DNA of 64,000 nucleotides from Podospora anserina (Eukaryota): NCBI GenBank assembly GCA_017654855.1, contig CM030332.1, positions 868,001 to 932,000 of the forward strand, read 5' to 3'. Shown piece by piece: positions 49,911 to 61,486 of this stretch (position 1 is its first letter; each line of letters starts with the position of its first letter). The notes under the pieces were generated by a model. It saw only the letters and a program-made list of their open reading frames with translations, ran no database searches and was not told where the DNA came from. The position numbers and the translations under genes were made by a program.

Positions 49911-51146
49911 ATGGCATCCACCACCTATCACTCATCAGCCGATGAGACCTTCTTCGTCGAGGACGAGGCCGCCCAGCGCATGACCATGCGCGACGCCGGC
50001 CGGATGATCGCCCGCAACAAGCAAGAGATGATCGCCAACGAGCTCTCGAGACTGGCCCACGACGAGTACCTGGAGGATATCATGAAGCACATGCGTCACA
50101 TGGAGGACGAGACGTTGCCGGATGCCAACTTGATCGACATGCAGAGAGAGATCCAATGGTTTATGAGACCGTATCTCATCGACTTTCTCATCGAAGCCCA
50201 TGCCGCCTTCTCTCTCCTTCCCGAGACCCTCTTCCTCACCGTCAACCTTCTCGATCGGTACTGCTCAAAGCGTGTCGTCTACAAGCAACACTATCAACTC
50301 GTCGGCTGCGCTGCTCTCCTCATTGCCGCCAAGTACGGCGACAAGAAGGACAGAGTACCTCAGATCAACGAGCTTAACAACATGTGTTGCGGACTCTACG
50401 ATGCGGGCATGTTTACCCAGATGGAGATGCACGTCCTCAACACCCTGGACTGGAACATTGGCCACCCGACGGTCGACTTCTTCACCCAGTTGATTGTGGC
50501 CGAGGAGCGTGACGGCAGAGAGGTTGAGCACATGGCGGCCTACATTTGCGAGATCGCCTTGTACCACCGGGATTTTGTGTCGACGAAGCCTTCGATTATG
50601 GCTCGGGCTTCTCTCGCGCTCGCCCGTGCCATCCTCAGCAAGCCCGAGGTCAACGATGGAGAGTGGGACCACACCGAGAACGTGACTCTACTCACCCTCT
50701 CGCAGCATCTTCATCAACCATCCGTTACCCTCGCCCGCAAGTACTCGAGCGCCTACTACTCCAAGGTCTCTGGCAAGCTCGCAGACTTCCTTGCCCAGCA
50801 AGCCGCCATCTCTCGCCGAGGACCCCCATCTCCCCCTGTCGAGCCAACGTCGCTCTCCACCAAGACTGCCGACATCTACAGCACCCCACACAAGGGACTC
50901 GGCGCTGGGCCCGGCGTTGCTGATGGTTACATGACCCCTCCCATCACCCCCGACGGTAATTGCTTCGGCCACAACCAAGCGATGATCAAGGGTTACCAAG
51001 CGCCACCAAGATGCCCAGTCACCCCAACACCCCAACCGAATCACGTTCAGCCGTACCCACAGCAACAACAACAACAACAACCACAACCACAACATATGGC
51101 CGGAACATCTTACTTTGAGGGCCCAACAAGCCATATGGCCTACTGA
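49911..51146 (+). CDS. G1/S-type cyclin (Cln/Puc1/CCN1-like), 411 aa, intronless CDS
   Basis: Cyclin box WFMRPYLIDFLIEAH..LPETLFLTVNLLDRYCSKR..QLVGCAALLIAAKY..QMEMHVLNTLDW. The PEST-like tail has S/T-P sites (YMTPPITPD) and a poly-Q stretch. Confidence 0.92.
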   Translation: MASTTYHSSADETFFVEDEAAQRMTMRDAGRMIARNKQEMIANELSRLAHDEYLEDIMKHMRHMEDETLPDANLIDMQREIQWFMRPYLIDFLIEAHAAFSLLPETLFLTVNLLDRYCSKRVVYKQHYQLVGCAALLIAAKYGDKKDRVPQINELNNMCCGLYDAGMFTQMEMHVLNTLDWNIGHPTVDFFTQLIVAEERDGREVEHMAAYICEIALYHRDFVSTKPSIMARASLALARAILSKPEVNDGEWDHTENVTLLTLSQHLHQPSVTLARKYSSAYYSKVSGKLADFLAQQAAISRRGPPSPPVEPTSLSTKTADIYSTPHKGLGAGPGVADGYMTPPITPDGNCFGHNQAMIKGYQAPPRCPVTPTPQPNHVQPYPQQQQQQQPQPQHMAGTSYFEGPTSHMAY

Positions 51147-52526
51147 AAGGCGGTTGCATTCGCAAGCACTTGCGTGCCGGTCACTCTGACCGCATCACTT
51201 TCGGTCCCTGTCACCTTTGACTAGACATTCACGTCAAAGAGGGTAACTTTTTCTTCACTTTTCTCTTTCTCTATCTCTCTGGGTCATTTTGAGATATACC
51301 ATTTGGAAGACAAAAGATTGCACGCATTTCTTTCTCTTCACGGAAACATTTAGCGTCATGGCATCAGCGTTGAATTCTGCGAATTTCGACTTTTTTTTCT
51401 TCTCGGGCTTTTCCGCCGATTTGTCGTCATCGGCCGCAGCTACCTTTTTTTTTTTTTTCAGCTGCGATATTTCGACGACGGTTGCGAGCGCGCGCCATAC
51501 CCATACCCCTGATATTTCGGCGGCCACCTTATTTAATCATTTGAGCATAAAACCTTCAAATACGAAAAAAAAATTAGTGCGGATCTCGGCGACCCCTTCA
51601 CTGGGCATCGCAGAGCAGGCACCAGGGCGCATCGGGAAGAGTTCAGGGGATCATACATATAGTACGAACCGGACTTTCAGGAATGGGCCGATGCGGAGGG
51701 AAAAAAGGAGTTTTTTGAAGACACATGGGAAGCACACCAAAGATTGGCAAACAACCTGCAAGTTGAGTTGGAGAGTGGATTGATACCTTTGCGATGGGAA
51801 ACAATGGGATGGGGAGATGATCACTGGGAGGAACGGATGGGACAACTACACAGCCGCAGCACTACAATTGCACAACAACAACGCCCCCCCAAGTCGCGAT
51901 GGCCCTCATCACTGGCACATCAGCGCAACCCTACCCAAGGCATCATGCATACTCGGCTTGCGGACGGCAGCTCCGGATGGTCTGCCAGGCGGGACGAACG
52001 AGTCGTCGTAATTCGATGATGAGGATTCTTCTGGCGATTCAAGGGATGGGGTGGTGGAACATGAGGTCAAGATTGGCAACGTTAAAAATGCCATCGAAAT
52101 GGCCTTGCCATGCTCATCCCCCGGGCAAGGACACCGCGAGTAGAGTTATGTAATGAGTCGAAAAAAAAAAAGTAAAATTCTCTGGCCAATCTGTTCTTGT
52201 GCAGTGACTTGTGTCTTGTTTGTCAGTCTGAGTATGCCAGCTATGATGTGAAGGAAACAATTCAGTGTGGACTCGGGCGAGTTGCTCCTTCCCTTGGCAT
52301 TCCTGCTTGCTCCTTCCCTTTTCGTTTCTGTTTGCCCTTTCCTAATCACAACTATTTGCCCCTTCCCTTTAACAGTTGTTGCTCCTTTCCCTTTATAGTC
52401 ACTTGTCATTCCACGAACAACATTACTTGCAATAGATTGAGCACAAGCATAAATCTGTTACCGACATTCAATCCCATCTTCAAACAAACGCCTTTTTTGC
52501 TGCAACACAAAACCAAACAATCTCTT

Positions 52527-54928
52527 TCACGACCCAACCATCTCGGTGTCTTCCCCATTCCCGCCACTACCTCCGCCCCCCATCTCGACATACCCGATCA
52601 CCTCCCCCTTTTTATTGTACATCTTTCCCAACCTGGGACTTGTCACCACCGTTCTGGGCGATGGCGTCGGAGGAGGGGGCTGCTGAGATGACGAGTGCGC
52701 TTGTTGATCCTGCATCATCTGCTGCCTCCACGTCTGGCCCATCTTGTCCATTCGCTCCAGGACACTCCCCTTTTTGCGCTTCCGTTCGGGAGGGGGGTCG
52801 GAGAAGGTGGTGACCCTGTTGGACCAGATCGGGTGGTGGTAGGCTGGTGTGGCTCTTTTTCGGGTGAGGACGGGTGTTTGCGGGGGAGGGGGGTCGGTTG
52901 GCCTTGGGGAGAGATGGGGGGGTATTTTTAGGATGAAGATATTTGATGATGATGATGATGAGGAGGAGGAGGAGGAGGAGGAGGAGGAGGAGGAGGAGGA
53001 GGAGAAGGAGGAGGTGAGTTTGGAGAGTTCTCGCTGGGCGGTGGGGGAGTCGAGGTCGTATTTTATTGAGAGGGGGCCTGTGGAAGGGAGAGGGCCGGAG
53101 AGGATTGTTGTGCCTTTTGTGGAGGACTCGTCTTCGCGGAGGGTGAGGGGGAGCTTGGAGGTGGGGATTGTGTAGCTGTGTTCAAAGATTGCGCGGGTGG
53201 GGGGGTGGTGGAGGAGTTGGTGTTGATATTTTTTCAGGGCGGCCGGGTCGGGGAAGGTGGCGGGTTTGGAGCGGGTGTTTGGGGTTGTGGTGAGGAAGGA
53301 CATTTCGGGGGGGAGGCGGGCGGCGCCGAGGACTTCGAGGCGGGAGGAGCCGAGCCAGACTTTGTAGTTTCCCGGAGCGGAGGAGAGGTAGTTTTCTATG
53401 AGGGGGAAGAGGCCCGAGAGGCGGCCGGGGTCGGCGTTGGCGGATTTGGAAAAGTCGTTGGAGGTGTTGGGGAAGATGCTGACACGCATGGGGCGGGGGG
53501 GCTGGAGGGGGTAGGACATGTGCTCGGGGACGCGGATGGAGGTGTTGAAGGCAAAGTCGGAGTCGATGAGGGCGACGTCGAGCTCGTACTCGGAGATGAC
53601 TTCGGTGCCGGTTGCTGTGGCGATGTGGATTGCGGATTGAGCCGAGTAGTAGTGTTTGTCGATGCCGAGGAGGGGGATGTCATCGGAGTAGAGGCAGGGG
53701 TTGGTGGCGCCGGTGTCGAAGAGGGTGTCGAAGATGACGGAGTTGGCGGTAGGGAAGCTCTCCATGCGGGGCTTGTAGTCGTTTGGGTCGTCGTAATCGC
53801 CTTCGCTGGAGCGGTCTTCGTCGAAATCAGTTTTGGTGCTTCGGAGGTAGCTTCGGGCTGTTCTGGGCTTGTGTTTGGCTGACCTGGGCCCGGAGCTGGA
53901 CCAGGGGCGAGAAACGTGTTCCTGGCGACGTCTGAAAGCCATCCGGATTCGATAGTGGCCGATGTTCCTGTGATTTCGGCTTGTACGCCAGCTCTCTTTG
54001 TTGGTGAGGCAGATGGCGGCTTTCGCTTGTGACGTTGGTTGCCCGCTGTACAGGTCGGTTTCTTTGGAGAGCGAAGGCTCATACCAGATCCATCCTGGGC
54101 CGTACTCTGCAGCATAACGGTCTAGCAGGGCAGCACGATTTTCGTTGGAGAAGGACTCGTAGTCACCGAAGCGGTCAGCAATACACCCTGCCCAGATTAC
54201 CGTGTACTTGTCGGAATAGGGGATGTCGCCGGACTCGTAGCCGGCTATCGCTGCTTCAATGTTGGCTCGTTCCGGCCCAAATGTTGACCTTGCCAGTACG
54301 GTCTGGAGAGCGCTAACCCTGTTGGCAATGGCGTTGGCTTGAAGAGATGGGATTTTTGATCTTGGGCCATGTTAGCTTCACCATATGTCTGACGATAAGA
54401 GAGGTTGAATACGTGCATTGGTGTTGTGTTTTCTTCGTCATTCTCGTCTAGTTGGGCCCGCTCCTGGACCGCTTTCTCATACATCTGGGTAAGGGCGCTA
54501 ACATTTTGATAGTTTTGATATTGCTCTGCAAGCAGACGGGTTTGCAGCACCTTCCTGTCGGCAATTTCGATCTTGGTAGGGTCTTCGTGCTCTAACCAGA
54601 GAGCAGACCCTATGACAAGAGATGGTTGCCATGTCTCTAGGGACTCGTCCATCTCTATGTTGGCCATTGTCGACCCAGTATGCTCTACGTCGTCCTCCGT
54701 GTCCTCTCTTGCCATGCTTCTTGTCGTCATCCGCCTCGGGGTGGGAGGGACTTGCTCTGAGCCCCTTCTGACATTGTGGGCGCGGTTGCGATTAAACGTC
54801 TCAATATTTCGTCGAATGGCAGACGAACGTCTTCTCGGGAGCTGCTGATCCTGATTGACAGCGGGTGATCGCAGGGCCGACGGCCGCCTCCGCCCCGACT
54901 GTCGTGGCTGTCGGGCGTCTGTTGACAT
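52527..54928 (-). CDS. Uncharacterised protein (~781 aa) with a single retropepsin-like aspartic protease motif (LFDTGAT); exons 54928-54417, 54360-52527
   Basis: The frame of ORF 52527-53942 is open up to the acceptor GCTAAC..AAG at 54361 and needs a phase-2 donor from ORF 54245-54928. DTGAT lies at 53717-53703, followed by a flap-like ATATGTEV and RLSGL. Confidence 0.75.
52945..53013 (+). repeat. Compound (GAT)n(GAG)n microsatellite encoding poly-Ser on the minus strand
   Basis: Read directly; translates as the long S run in ORF 52527-53942. Confidence 0.9.
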
Positions 54929-55468
54929 CTTGTTCTTTGGTGTTTTGATGATACCTACTTTGTGGGAAAAGAGGTTCGAGATTATTAAACTGTCTACTTG
55001 CCTCAGCTCAAGCTAGATTGCCGAGCTCTTGGTTGGTGATGTAGTTCATCCTCTCGTCGACCTCGCCAATCCGTTGCAGCCCCTGTTCTTTGTTGTCTGC
55101 CATCACAAAGGCAACCAATGCGGTTGGCCGAATGGGGGCATTTGGAGCAGCCCACATTTGTTTCCGAATCCCTCTTGTAGTCTCGACAAGTGCATTGGGT
55201 TTCTTTGTCCCGCCGCCCAGAAGCGTCTGAAAACGGGAGGTTTTCCAGCGAGCTCTTTGCTGGAGTGGTTTCATTGTTGACTTGGCCCCTGGCCATTCCA
55301 GTCGCTGTAACCAAGACACAAATATGCTCCCAGGGCCTTCTTGTATTTCCCAACCTTTCTTTTTCTGCCTCTTGCTCTGTCATCGATCGACAAGGGAGAG
55401 CGAGCTAGTCATTACCGGCACGTTGCATCGACACTGGCATCACAGGACAAGACGGCGACGACGGTGCA

Positions 55469-58400
55469 ATGTCTGGTGATAGCATATCTGGGCGGAGGGA
55501 TACCGATTACTCCCTGCTGCAAGTGCTTGACGAGTATGTGAAGCAAGATAACTGTCATCCGAAATTTGCCAAGTACTTCAGGGAATACATCACCGCGAAT
55601 TGGCCCGATCCCTCACCGCCGGGAGCGCCAGAGGGCAGCGAGGAGTACGAGAAGTGGGTGAATGAGTGGAACGATTTCTTCGCCTACTGTGGCAGGATAC
55701 TGCGCAATCCCGAACTCACCAAGTATAACTTCGGTAGCAGCGTTCTCAGACAAATCGAAAAGTACGACATCTACGACGACTGGTTTCCGGAAGAGGGCTT
55801 CGGGCCAACAGGCAAAGAATTTGACCCAATTCCGGAGGAATATCGCATCGGGTCTTCCAGGCCTGGGACTTCCGCCACGACCAGCTATATGACTCCTTCG
55901 ACGCACGGGAGTCAGGCAAATCGAGGCTCGAGACGCCTCGAGCCCAAACAGTCCGTGGGTTCAAGTGATTCGAACGCAGAAACAACTCCTATCAATCTGG
56001 TGCCACCTTCTGCAATGTCTTCAGGTCCTTCAGGAGAAGCTCCTGCGAGCAAACCTATCACAATGGACACGACTGGTGCTGATTCCACAATCAAGTCTTA
56101 CGATCAGTATGGTAAGCAACAGCAGCCACTGGCAACACATCTCCAGGCGATGGTTGCCTACCTGGAAAACGGGGAGAGCCATGACGCTGGCTTTTCGGAG
56201 CGAATGAGCGACACTATCGACTATCTTCAGTGGTTGGGTTCCGGGAAGGATGCACGGAACCAGCTGCATAACGCAAGCGAGTTCACAAAGGCTGTCTATA
56301 AGAAAGCAATTGAGTTGATCGACGCCCATCTGAAGCGCGACAAGCAACGACGCATAGCCACTCCGGTTGCATTTACCGAGAGGCCAGTCAGCTTCGCTGC
56401 CACCAGATCCTCACGCCTGAACCACCTCACCAACCCCCGTGACTTTCCATTGCCCTCTAAGCGCGGCGTCCCGGACCACTCTCAGCTGCTACCCTACAAC
56501 ATCACGCCAGCGCCAGAGAAAAGGCCCATTCAGGGGGCCCTCCTTGAGCATCCAGAGCATTATGCCCAGTTTCTGGAGGATGAAGGAAAGCTCTGGCTCC
56601 CGTACTCGGAAGACCTTGAAAAGCTGAATGACATGGAAATCCCCACCTCCGTGACCGCCGACGAGCTCGAAAACAACCTAGCGGTGATAGAGTCCGACAT
56701 TTATGTGCAATACACCAAGGCCCAAGGAAACAGTGCGACATGGGAGACGGGTGATCCCATCGGCTGGACGACCCACAGGACGGACGAAGCCGGAGTACGA
56801 CACACATATATCTCAACCGGAGAGGACCCCAAAACCGGGAAAGAAACGCTGAACCTGATGGACCTCAGCGATCCAAAAGACTGGGCCTCAGTGAGGGGTG
56901 TCAGGCGAGCTGGTTTGCAGTTGATGCTTCGAAATCTTCGAACTAATGAAAACGACTTTGTCTACTATGATTCCGACAGCAATGGGCAGAGAGCGAGGAG
57001 GCTCGTGTTGCCCATTCCAGTCGCCACCATCAGGAAGGTCATGGAGAGAGCTAACGGGAAGCAATGGAACCCCCCAACACTCTTTGACGAGAAGCCGTTG
57101 GTTTGGAGCCATTGGGAGCCATTCCGCTTCACCGACAGATTCCAGGCGTACACTGAGGCCACCAAAGGAATGAAGGCAGTGGCTTATCAGACGGCCACAG
57201 AGCGCCATCTGCGCGACAGGTCTTGGGTCTCATTGCCCAAGAATGTCAAGACTGGCGGCCCATTTGTCTGGAGAGGACTGAGTCCCCAGGAACAGGCTGA
57301 AGAAGATCTCCTGAAAAGGTGTCTTGCGATCCGTGGTTATGTCGCCATGTGCTGGAACAGGGCCCCGCGACCGCTGCTGGCAAACATGATCCAGTTCCTG
57401 ACAGCGGGGGACCCCAGCTCAGATGCCTTCCCTGAGCCCGAGGAGCTGGGTAAGATTGGCGAGATTACCTTTGGCGAGTCAGACTACAGACATACAGTCA
57501 TCGACGGGACACGCCAGCGAGCAGGCATTCGCTTTATCGACGAAGAGGATATCTGGTGGCTCAAGGTCCTGGGAAGCGGCTGCGTCAACAAGAAGTCCTG
57601 GCCGGGCAAGATCTTCCCGGACGAGCCCAGGGAGACATACCGTCTCTTCCGCATCTTTGCCAAGAGGATTCTCCGGCTTTTGGAGGATCCCAACCCGGAA
57701 GGGATTCTCTATTCTTCTGCCAGCGTTGTGACGGTAGAGGACTTGCTCAAAGTCATCAACGCCGGCGCCAACGGAAAGGCGGCCGTCAACAAGCACGAGT
57801 TCTCGCCGTACGAAGCCTGCCAACATCTCGACCGCCTCGCCCAGACGGGCCACATTGACTTTGAGCTCGACCCAGCCTGCTACGGCACAGTCCGGCGCCC
57901 CGCCTACGATTTCTATCCCGAGCACCGGATAGTCTACGACGCGGCTGAGAAGAAAAGAGACACCCTCTTCCCCAGAAGCATCCGTCCGTGGGCAGACGTG
58001 TGCCTCGAACCCTACTCGGGCAAGACCAAAAGTCCTCCTCGCGTCCTCTACGCAGTCGACAACTTTTACCGCAGCCTCGCCTACCGGTTGGGTTTCACCA
58101 TCTTCCACCTCCAAAAGAAGTCCGCGGCTCGAAAAAAGTCCCACATGAGCGTGAGGAACGAGCAACCGGTCCAATACGCCTGGCTGCACGACGCAATCAA
58201 AAAGTTCAACGCCGTCTACGACGAAACGGTGGAGGAGGAGCTCAGAGCCCGCCCCAACCCCCCGGCCCCGTACGGACACACCTGGAGGGACATCAAAGCC
58301 CTCGTTCAGGACACGGAGTTTGGCGAGGGCGGGCACACCAACCCTGCCAGCCACCCCATCATCCCTCACCGGGGCTACCTCAAGGACAACGCCTCCGCCA

Positions 58401-59273
58401 TCCAGCACCTCCGCAACAAGATCATCCAGGAGGTCAGCGCGAACAACACCCTCCTTGCGCCTGCCAGGGCCAAAACGGTGATTAATCTGTCGACTGGCTT
58501 GCCAGAGGTCATCCTCACCCGGGGGGTGTCGTGGAAGTTTGGGTCGTTGGTTGCCAGGCAGGAGAACTTTAGGAGGCAGTTTTTCAGTCTCAACCGGTGG
58601 CCGCTCGTTCTCCAGAGCGAGAAGACGCAGGAGAAGATCAAGAATGACGAGTGGCACGCTGACGGGGTCGATCCGAAGCAGGTGTTTGATCACCAGGCTG
58701 CTGATCCGATCCACGCGTTCTTCAGCAGGGAGAAGCTGAGGCCGTATGTGGAGGACCCGGTCAAGTATAGGGCTGGGCCGGCGGTTTTCCCGGTGGGGGA
58801 TACGGCTTGGCAGAGGAAGAGGGTTGAGGAGCACATGACTGCTTTGGTTTATGAGTGTAAAGCTCCCCTTTTCTTTGTCGCAAACAAAATATGAGCAGTG
58901 AAGCTAATAATGTACAACAACAGCTATCGGCCTCAACGGAGCCGTTCCCAGAGGAGGCACCTTTAGGGAAAAGCTCAAGGACTTCTTCTTCAGGGAGCCG
59001 CTCCGGCCATATCTCAACGGCGCGGAGAAGCTGACCGAGTCCCAGCTGGAGGCCAGGTACGGCAAGCTGCCTGACGTGCCGCCGAACAGGGTGCCCAGGA
59101 GCTGGGCCACCGAGGTGCTGGTTGGTGAAAAGGTGGAGAACCGAAAGAGGAAGGTGGACGAGATTTTGGAGGCGAAGAAGCAGGAAGAGGAGGCGAGGAA
59201 TCTGGCGAGGTACAAGAGAAGGAGGGTGGATGATCAGGTTGCTGGGACGAGGATGACGGGGGGCGTTTACTAG
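55469..59273 (+). CDS. Large hypothetical protein (~1245 aa), no recognisable domain; exons 55469-58856, 58924-59273
   Basis: 1141-codon ORF with coding-like codon usage. Intron GTAAAG 58857..GCTAAT..CAG 58923 joins it in frame to ORF 59076-59273, which has a basic NLS-like end (RKRK, YKRRR). Confidence 0.8.
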
Positions 59274-60021
59274 GGGAAGAGGAGGAGTAGGCTCATTTGT
59301 GTAGTTTGTCTTTTGTGAAAAAGGAAGAAAGATACATGCGTTAATCATGGCGCGTCTCATAGGGTAGGAAATTTAAACATCTTTCTTGTTGGCTTGTGCC
59401 AAGAGAGGGTTGCCCCTGAGCAGCCCCTGAATGGGCATGTCCCCCATGCGGTTGCTCAGGCAATCTGTATCTCCGAGTCATGGTAGGAATATTCAGAAAA
59501 GGTTATTTGATATTCGGATGATGGTTCCTAGATTGCACAGCCAACTGACTCAGCCCTGCAACGACGGAAGCGGCTCCTGTCAACAAACACAAAGAGTTCA
59601 AATACAAGACAAATGAAAATTAGGTGTTGACACAAATACACAGGAGGCAAGAGCCGTGGCACCATTGCCCAGAGTTCTAACCCTCCTGACCCATCCAACC
59701 CCCTTTTTTACCACTCCGCTCGCTACCTTGCCGCCCTCTATGTTGTCCAGAAAAGAGCTGAAGAGAAATGAGAACAGAAAAGGAAGTTCGTAGGTAGTAG
59801 TGTACATGGCCCTTGTCCTGTTCCATCTGCCCCGAAACTCATACTTCCGATGATGGGAGGGACGAAAATGTGGAAAAGGTTGCAACAGTAGTAGTTTTCA
59901 ACCGAACATATTCGGCATAAAAATCTAATACCCCAAGTTTGCGCCATGCTGTCTCTCTCTCATCTCTATGCCCGATGGATTTTTTGTTTCCCTTCTCCGT
60001 TCCTTTGGTATCCCGTTCCCA

Positions 60022-60110
60022 TCTCTCTCTCTCTCTCTCTCTCTCCCTCTCTTGACCTGGCTGCTCGTAATCGTGACAAAACTCGCTCTCTCTCTCCCCT
60101 CGCCTCCTCT
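60022..60110 (+). repeat. (CT)n microsatellite-rich stretch downstream of ATP20
   Basis: TCTCTC runs read directly. Confidence 0.8.
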
Positions 60111-60149
60111 ATACACCTCCCTGCGCTAAGAAAAAATAAAAAAGACCCT

Positions 60150-60914
60150 TTAGTGGTGAGCATCAGCCTTCTGGCCACCGTGGTACCCGACAATCTTGAG
60201 TCTGCCAATCATCTCGCCCACGGTGAAGAAACCGAGGAGCTCGGCGACGAGGACGCCGCCGGCAGCGACTTGTGTCCTGGAGAGGTTGCGCACTTGCTGG
60301 GGATTGAGGGACTTGGCGAGCTGGGAGAAGAAGGGGCCGGGGGTCTGGAGTTGCTTCCAGAGGTTCTGGAAGTATGTCTGGAAGGTAGAGACGGAGCTAT
60401 ATCGAATATCACATGTTAGCGGACCAGGGTTGTGTATATGGCGGGGTTGATATGAGGAGAAAACGTACGGAGGAGACATGCTCTGGCCCCGGAAGACGAT
60501 CTTGGCCACCTCGATGCCAACCTTGGTGTAGTAAACGAGGGCAGGGGTTTTGCCTGGGTGTAATATGTTAGTTATCTCATGATATATGTCCTTGACGCCC
60601 AAGCATGCGCCCGAATTCCTTCAGCCCGGAGACATACTCTCAACAAAAGCAACAAGACGCCCAGTGGGCCCGCCAACCTTGCCCAGCGCACCCGAGACGT
60701 TCTTCGCAGCGTTGGTGATAGCAGGACCGGCAGCGGCAGTGACGCGAGAGAGACCCTCCTGGGCCTTGGCCGAGAGCTCAGCGGCTTGAGCTTGAGCCTT
60801 GGTGGCAGTCTGCTTGGCAGTTTCGGCGGCCTTTTGTGTAGCGGAGGACTCGAAACGGACCATCTGGCGGCCCATGGTGAGGGCGGACCGCCGTGAGAGG
60901 AGGGCGAAAGACAT
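60150..60914 (-). CDS. ATP20: Mitochondrial ATP synthase subunit g, ~202 aa; exons 60914-60638, 60553-60469, 60396-60150
   Basis: Mitochondrial presequence MSFALLSRRSAL; YYTKVGIEVAKIVF..MSPPS..; AELLGFFTVGEMIGRLKIVGY (GxxxG). Two canonical introns. Confidence 0.93.
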
Positions 60915-61486
60915 TTTGTGTGGCGAAAGAATGTGAAAAAGAAGGTCGATTCGGGTATCGGGGGGTTCGGCCGAGCGGTGCGAGTGAACGACGGCTCTGG
61001 GAATCGAGGGAGGGCCAATTGGGGGGAGAGAGGGGTTGGACGGCGGCCGGATGAAGGTCGTGAAAAATCCGGGTTCGGAGTGGTTGTGCGTGGTGCCGGC
61101 CGTTGACGCTGGGTGGGTTTTGGTGGTTTGTTGTGGTGGCTTCCAACGAACGAAAGACGATATCGCGCAACTGGGAATAAAATGGGGCCCGCGGATGGAG
61201 AAAAATGGGAAGCTCCGGAACATTTCGAACTTCGGGCACTGGCCACTTCCAACTTCTCGGCAAACATGTCAGCCAATCAGCTGCCAGAATTGGTACTGAA
61301 GCTCGGACCATATCTTCTTAGCTACCGTCATTTTGTGCCTGTCTCGAGCTGTCAGTTGAAGCAACCACTTACACATACACTTTCACATGCATCCATTCTC
61401 ATTTTCAGCCTTGTTATTGTTTCATAATTCTTCATGAGTTCTTATAAAATTCTTATACTATCCAACATACGCTCTTCACTTCCAAC

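Noticed and set aside
53690-53730. DTGA motif as evidence of an LTR retrotransposon
   Set aside because: No LTRs, gag zinc knuckle, RT or integrase nearby, and the gene has an intron like a host gene.
54245-54247. TAG that could be an A-to-I edited or read-through premature stop
   Set aside because: That frame hits TAA ~14 codons later. The conserved-looking continuation is in another frame and is explained by an intron.
57479-58834. 451-aa minus-strand ORF
   Set aside because: Antisense shadow of the 1245-aa orphan gene.
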